A stretch of DNA of 63,133 bases, filler included, from Chiloscyllium plagiosum (Eukaryota), in the NCBI RefSeq assembly GCF_004010195.1. It is 4 parts of one record of this genome, joined end to end, with 100 filler letters (N's around TTAATTAATTAA, not from the genome) between each part and the next. Parts side by side here need not be neighbours in the genome. Positions count along the whole stretch, not along the records: positions 50,651 to 63,133 come from NC_057717.1; 3 more parts are not named here. One strand, given 5' to 3'. The notes beneath the pieces were generated by a model. It saw nothing but the letters and a program-made list of their open reading frames with translations, was not told where the DNA came from and searched no databases. Below, one piece after another: positions 61,108-63,133 of the stretch (position 1 is its first letter; every line of letters starts with the position of its first letter). The translations under genes and the position numbers were made by a program.

Positions 61108-62184
61108 GAACCCAGTATATATCCCAGATGTCCTCCTTCTTCAAAGACAGCAATTTACCCTCTCGCATGGTCGACGACGCCATCCAGTGCATCTCATCCA
61201 GTTCCCACACCTCCGCCTTCGAATCCTACCCCTCCAAACTCAGCAGGAAAAGAACACCCCGTTCCTTACCTTCCATCCCACCAAACTTCCAGATACAACG
61301 CATTATCCTCCCCCATTTGCGCCACCTACAAACAGACCCCACTACCATGGACATATTTCCCTTCCCACCCTGATCTGCTTTCCATAAAGAACATTCCCAG
61401 CGTGACTTCTTTGTCAGGTCCACACCACCCTCCAACCCAGCCTTCATTCCTAGCACCTGCCATTGCCACTGCACAAATTGGAAAACCAGGACCCTAACCT
61501 TTGTCCGAGACCCCAAAGGATCCTTCCACATCCTTCAGAGTTTTACCTGCACTTAAGTACACAAGTGACCTACATTATCCGTAGCTCCTCGACATTGGAG
61601 AAATAGGATGCCAACGTGTGGAACACTTCAGAGAATATCTCTGGGGCACGGGCACCAACAAACCCCACCACCCCATGGCTGAACACTTTAACTCTCCCTC
61701 CCATTCCGCCATAGACATTCAGGTCCTGGGCATCCTCCATTGCCAAACCTTAACCCTCCAATGCCTGGAGGTAGAAATACTGATCTTCTGCCTTGGGACC
61801 CTGCAACCACATGGGGTCAATGTGGATTTCACCAGTTTCCTCATTTCCCTTCCCCCCACCTTATCCCAGATCCACCCTACAAATTCAGCACCGACCCATG
61901 ACCTGTCCTACCTGTACATCTTCCTTCTCCCCATCCACTCCACCTTCCTCTCCGACATTTTACCTCCAACCCCAACTTCATCGACCTATCACATTCTCAG
62001 CTCCCTTCCCCCAGCACCATCCCCTTCCCATTTATCTCTCATTACCATTGGGCCACAAACCTCATTCCTGATGAAAAGCTTACACAAGAAATGTCGACGC
62101 TCCTCCAATGCTGCTTGACAGCCTGTGCTTTTCCAGCACCACATTCTCGACTCTGATCTCCAGCATCTGCAATCCTAAGTTTGT
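61108..62184 (+). mobile_element. PLE family A 3' part (GIY-YIG, decayed)
   Basis: EHFREYL...HHPMAEHFNSPSHS...LGTLQPHGVNVDF, with CATTCCTGATGAAAAG...GAAATGTCG near 62063-62096. Confidence 0.88.
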
Positions 62185-62719
62185 CCCTTGAGTTAATGCA
62201 TCCCGTAACTTCCCCACCNNNNNNNNNNNNNNNNNNNNNNNNNNNNNNNNNNNNNNNNNNNNNNNNNNNNNNNNNNNNNNNNNNNNNNNNNNNNNNNNNN
62301 NNNNNNNNNNNNNNNNNNNNNNNNNNNNNNNNNNNNNNNNNNNNNNNNNNNNNNNNNNNNNNNNNNNNNNNNNNNNNNNNNNNNNNNNNNNNNNNNNNNN
62401 NNNNNNNNNNNNNNNNNNNNNNNNNNNNNNNNNNNNNNNNNNNNNNNNNNNNNNNNNNNNNNNNNNNNNNNNNNNNNNNNNNNNNNNNNNNNNNNNNNNN
62501 NNNNNNNNNNNNNNNNNNNNNNNNNNNNNNNNNNNNNNNNNNNNNNNNNNNNNNNNNNNNNNNNNNNNNNNNNNNNNNNNNNNNNNNNNNNNNNNNNNNN
62601 NNNNNNNNNNNNNNNNNNNNNNNNNNNNNNNNNNNNNNNNNNNNNNNNNNNNNNNNNNNNNNNNNNNNNNNNNNNNNNNNNNNNNNNNNNNNNNNNNNNN
62701 NNNNNNNNNNNNNNNNNNC

Positions 62720-62850
62720 TCCCAGAACTACGCACAGTGTTCCAACATGGCCTAACCATAGACTTGTATAGCTCTGACAATCTATACGTCGGTGAATGAA
62801 GGCTCTGCCGAAAGTTCCCTCTGCCTTATTAACTAACGTATTAACCTCAG
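62720..62850 (-). mobile_element. CR1 fragment
   Basis: LYKSMVRPC motif. Confidence 0.65.
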
Positions 62851-62852
62851 TC

Positions 62853-63086
62853 AAAAAGTATATTGCTGGAAAAGCACAGCAGATCAGCCAGCATCCGAGA
62901 AGCAGGAATGTCGACGTTTTGAGAATATGCTTTTCATCAGGAATGTGGCCATCAATCTTGATAAAAAGCCTATGATCAAAACATCGACTCTCCTGCTCCT
63001 TGCATACTGCTTGACCGACTGTGCGTTACAGGAACTACACTTCTTGATTCTGACCTCAAACATCTGCAGTCCTCATTTTTTTTACC
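62853..63086 (+). mobile_element. Older fold-back PLE family A insertion
   Basis: Inverted arms around TTCATCAGGAATG and a CATCTGCAGTCCTCATTTT tail. Confidence 0.75.
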
Positions 63087-63133
63087 GAAACTATTACCCT
63101 GTGCCGTCACATTCAGGGATCTGTGGAGGAAGA

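Overview
This is repeat-dense vertebrate genomic DNA, very likely from a shark or other elasmobranch. That call is inferred from HE1/V-SINE-type SINEs with (ATCTA)n tails, abundant CR1 LINEs and a shark-type GPR139-like receptor. The window is a concatenation of four segments joined by artificial 100-bp linkers (44N-TTAATTAATTAA-44N), and it has many further N gaps. It contains dozens of decayed CR1 LINE pieces, tRNA-derived SINEs, a Gypsy LTR element, two PIF/Harbinger Myb-gene relics, several minisatellites and a tRNA-Gly(TCC) pseudogene. At least three Penelope-like element (PLE) families are present, with minimal hammerhead-ribozyme motifs at their 3' ends. There are also six to seven short fold-back PLE insertions, four of them with clear target-site duplications. 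A fragmented, CpG-rich class I endogenous retrovirus is represented by an LTR, leader/gag start, integrase and env start. The only host protein-coding gene recognised is a two-exon GPR139-like GPCR on the minus strand with a ~16.7-kb intron, and it appears frameshifted. No intact host CDS was found. Family names come from pattern recognition, not database searches, and boundaries of decayed repeats are approximate.
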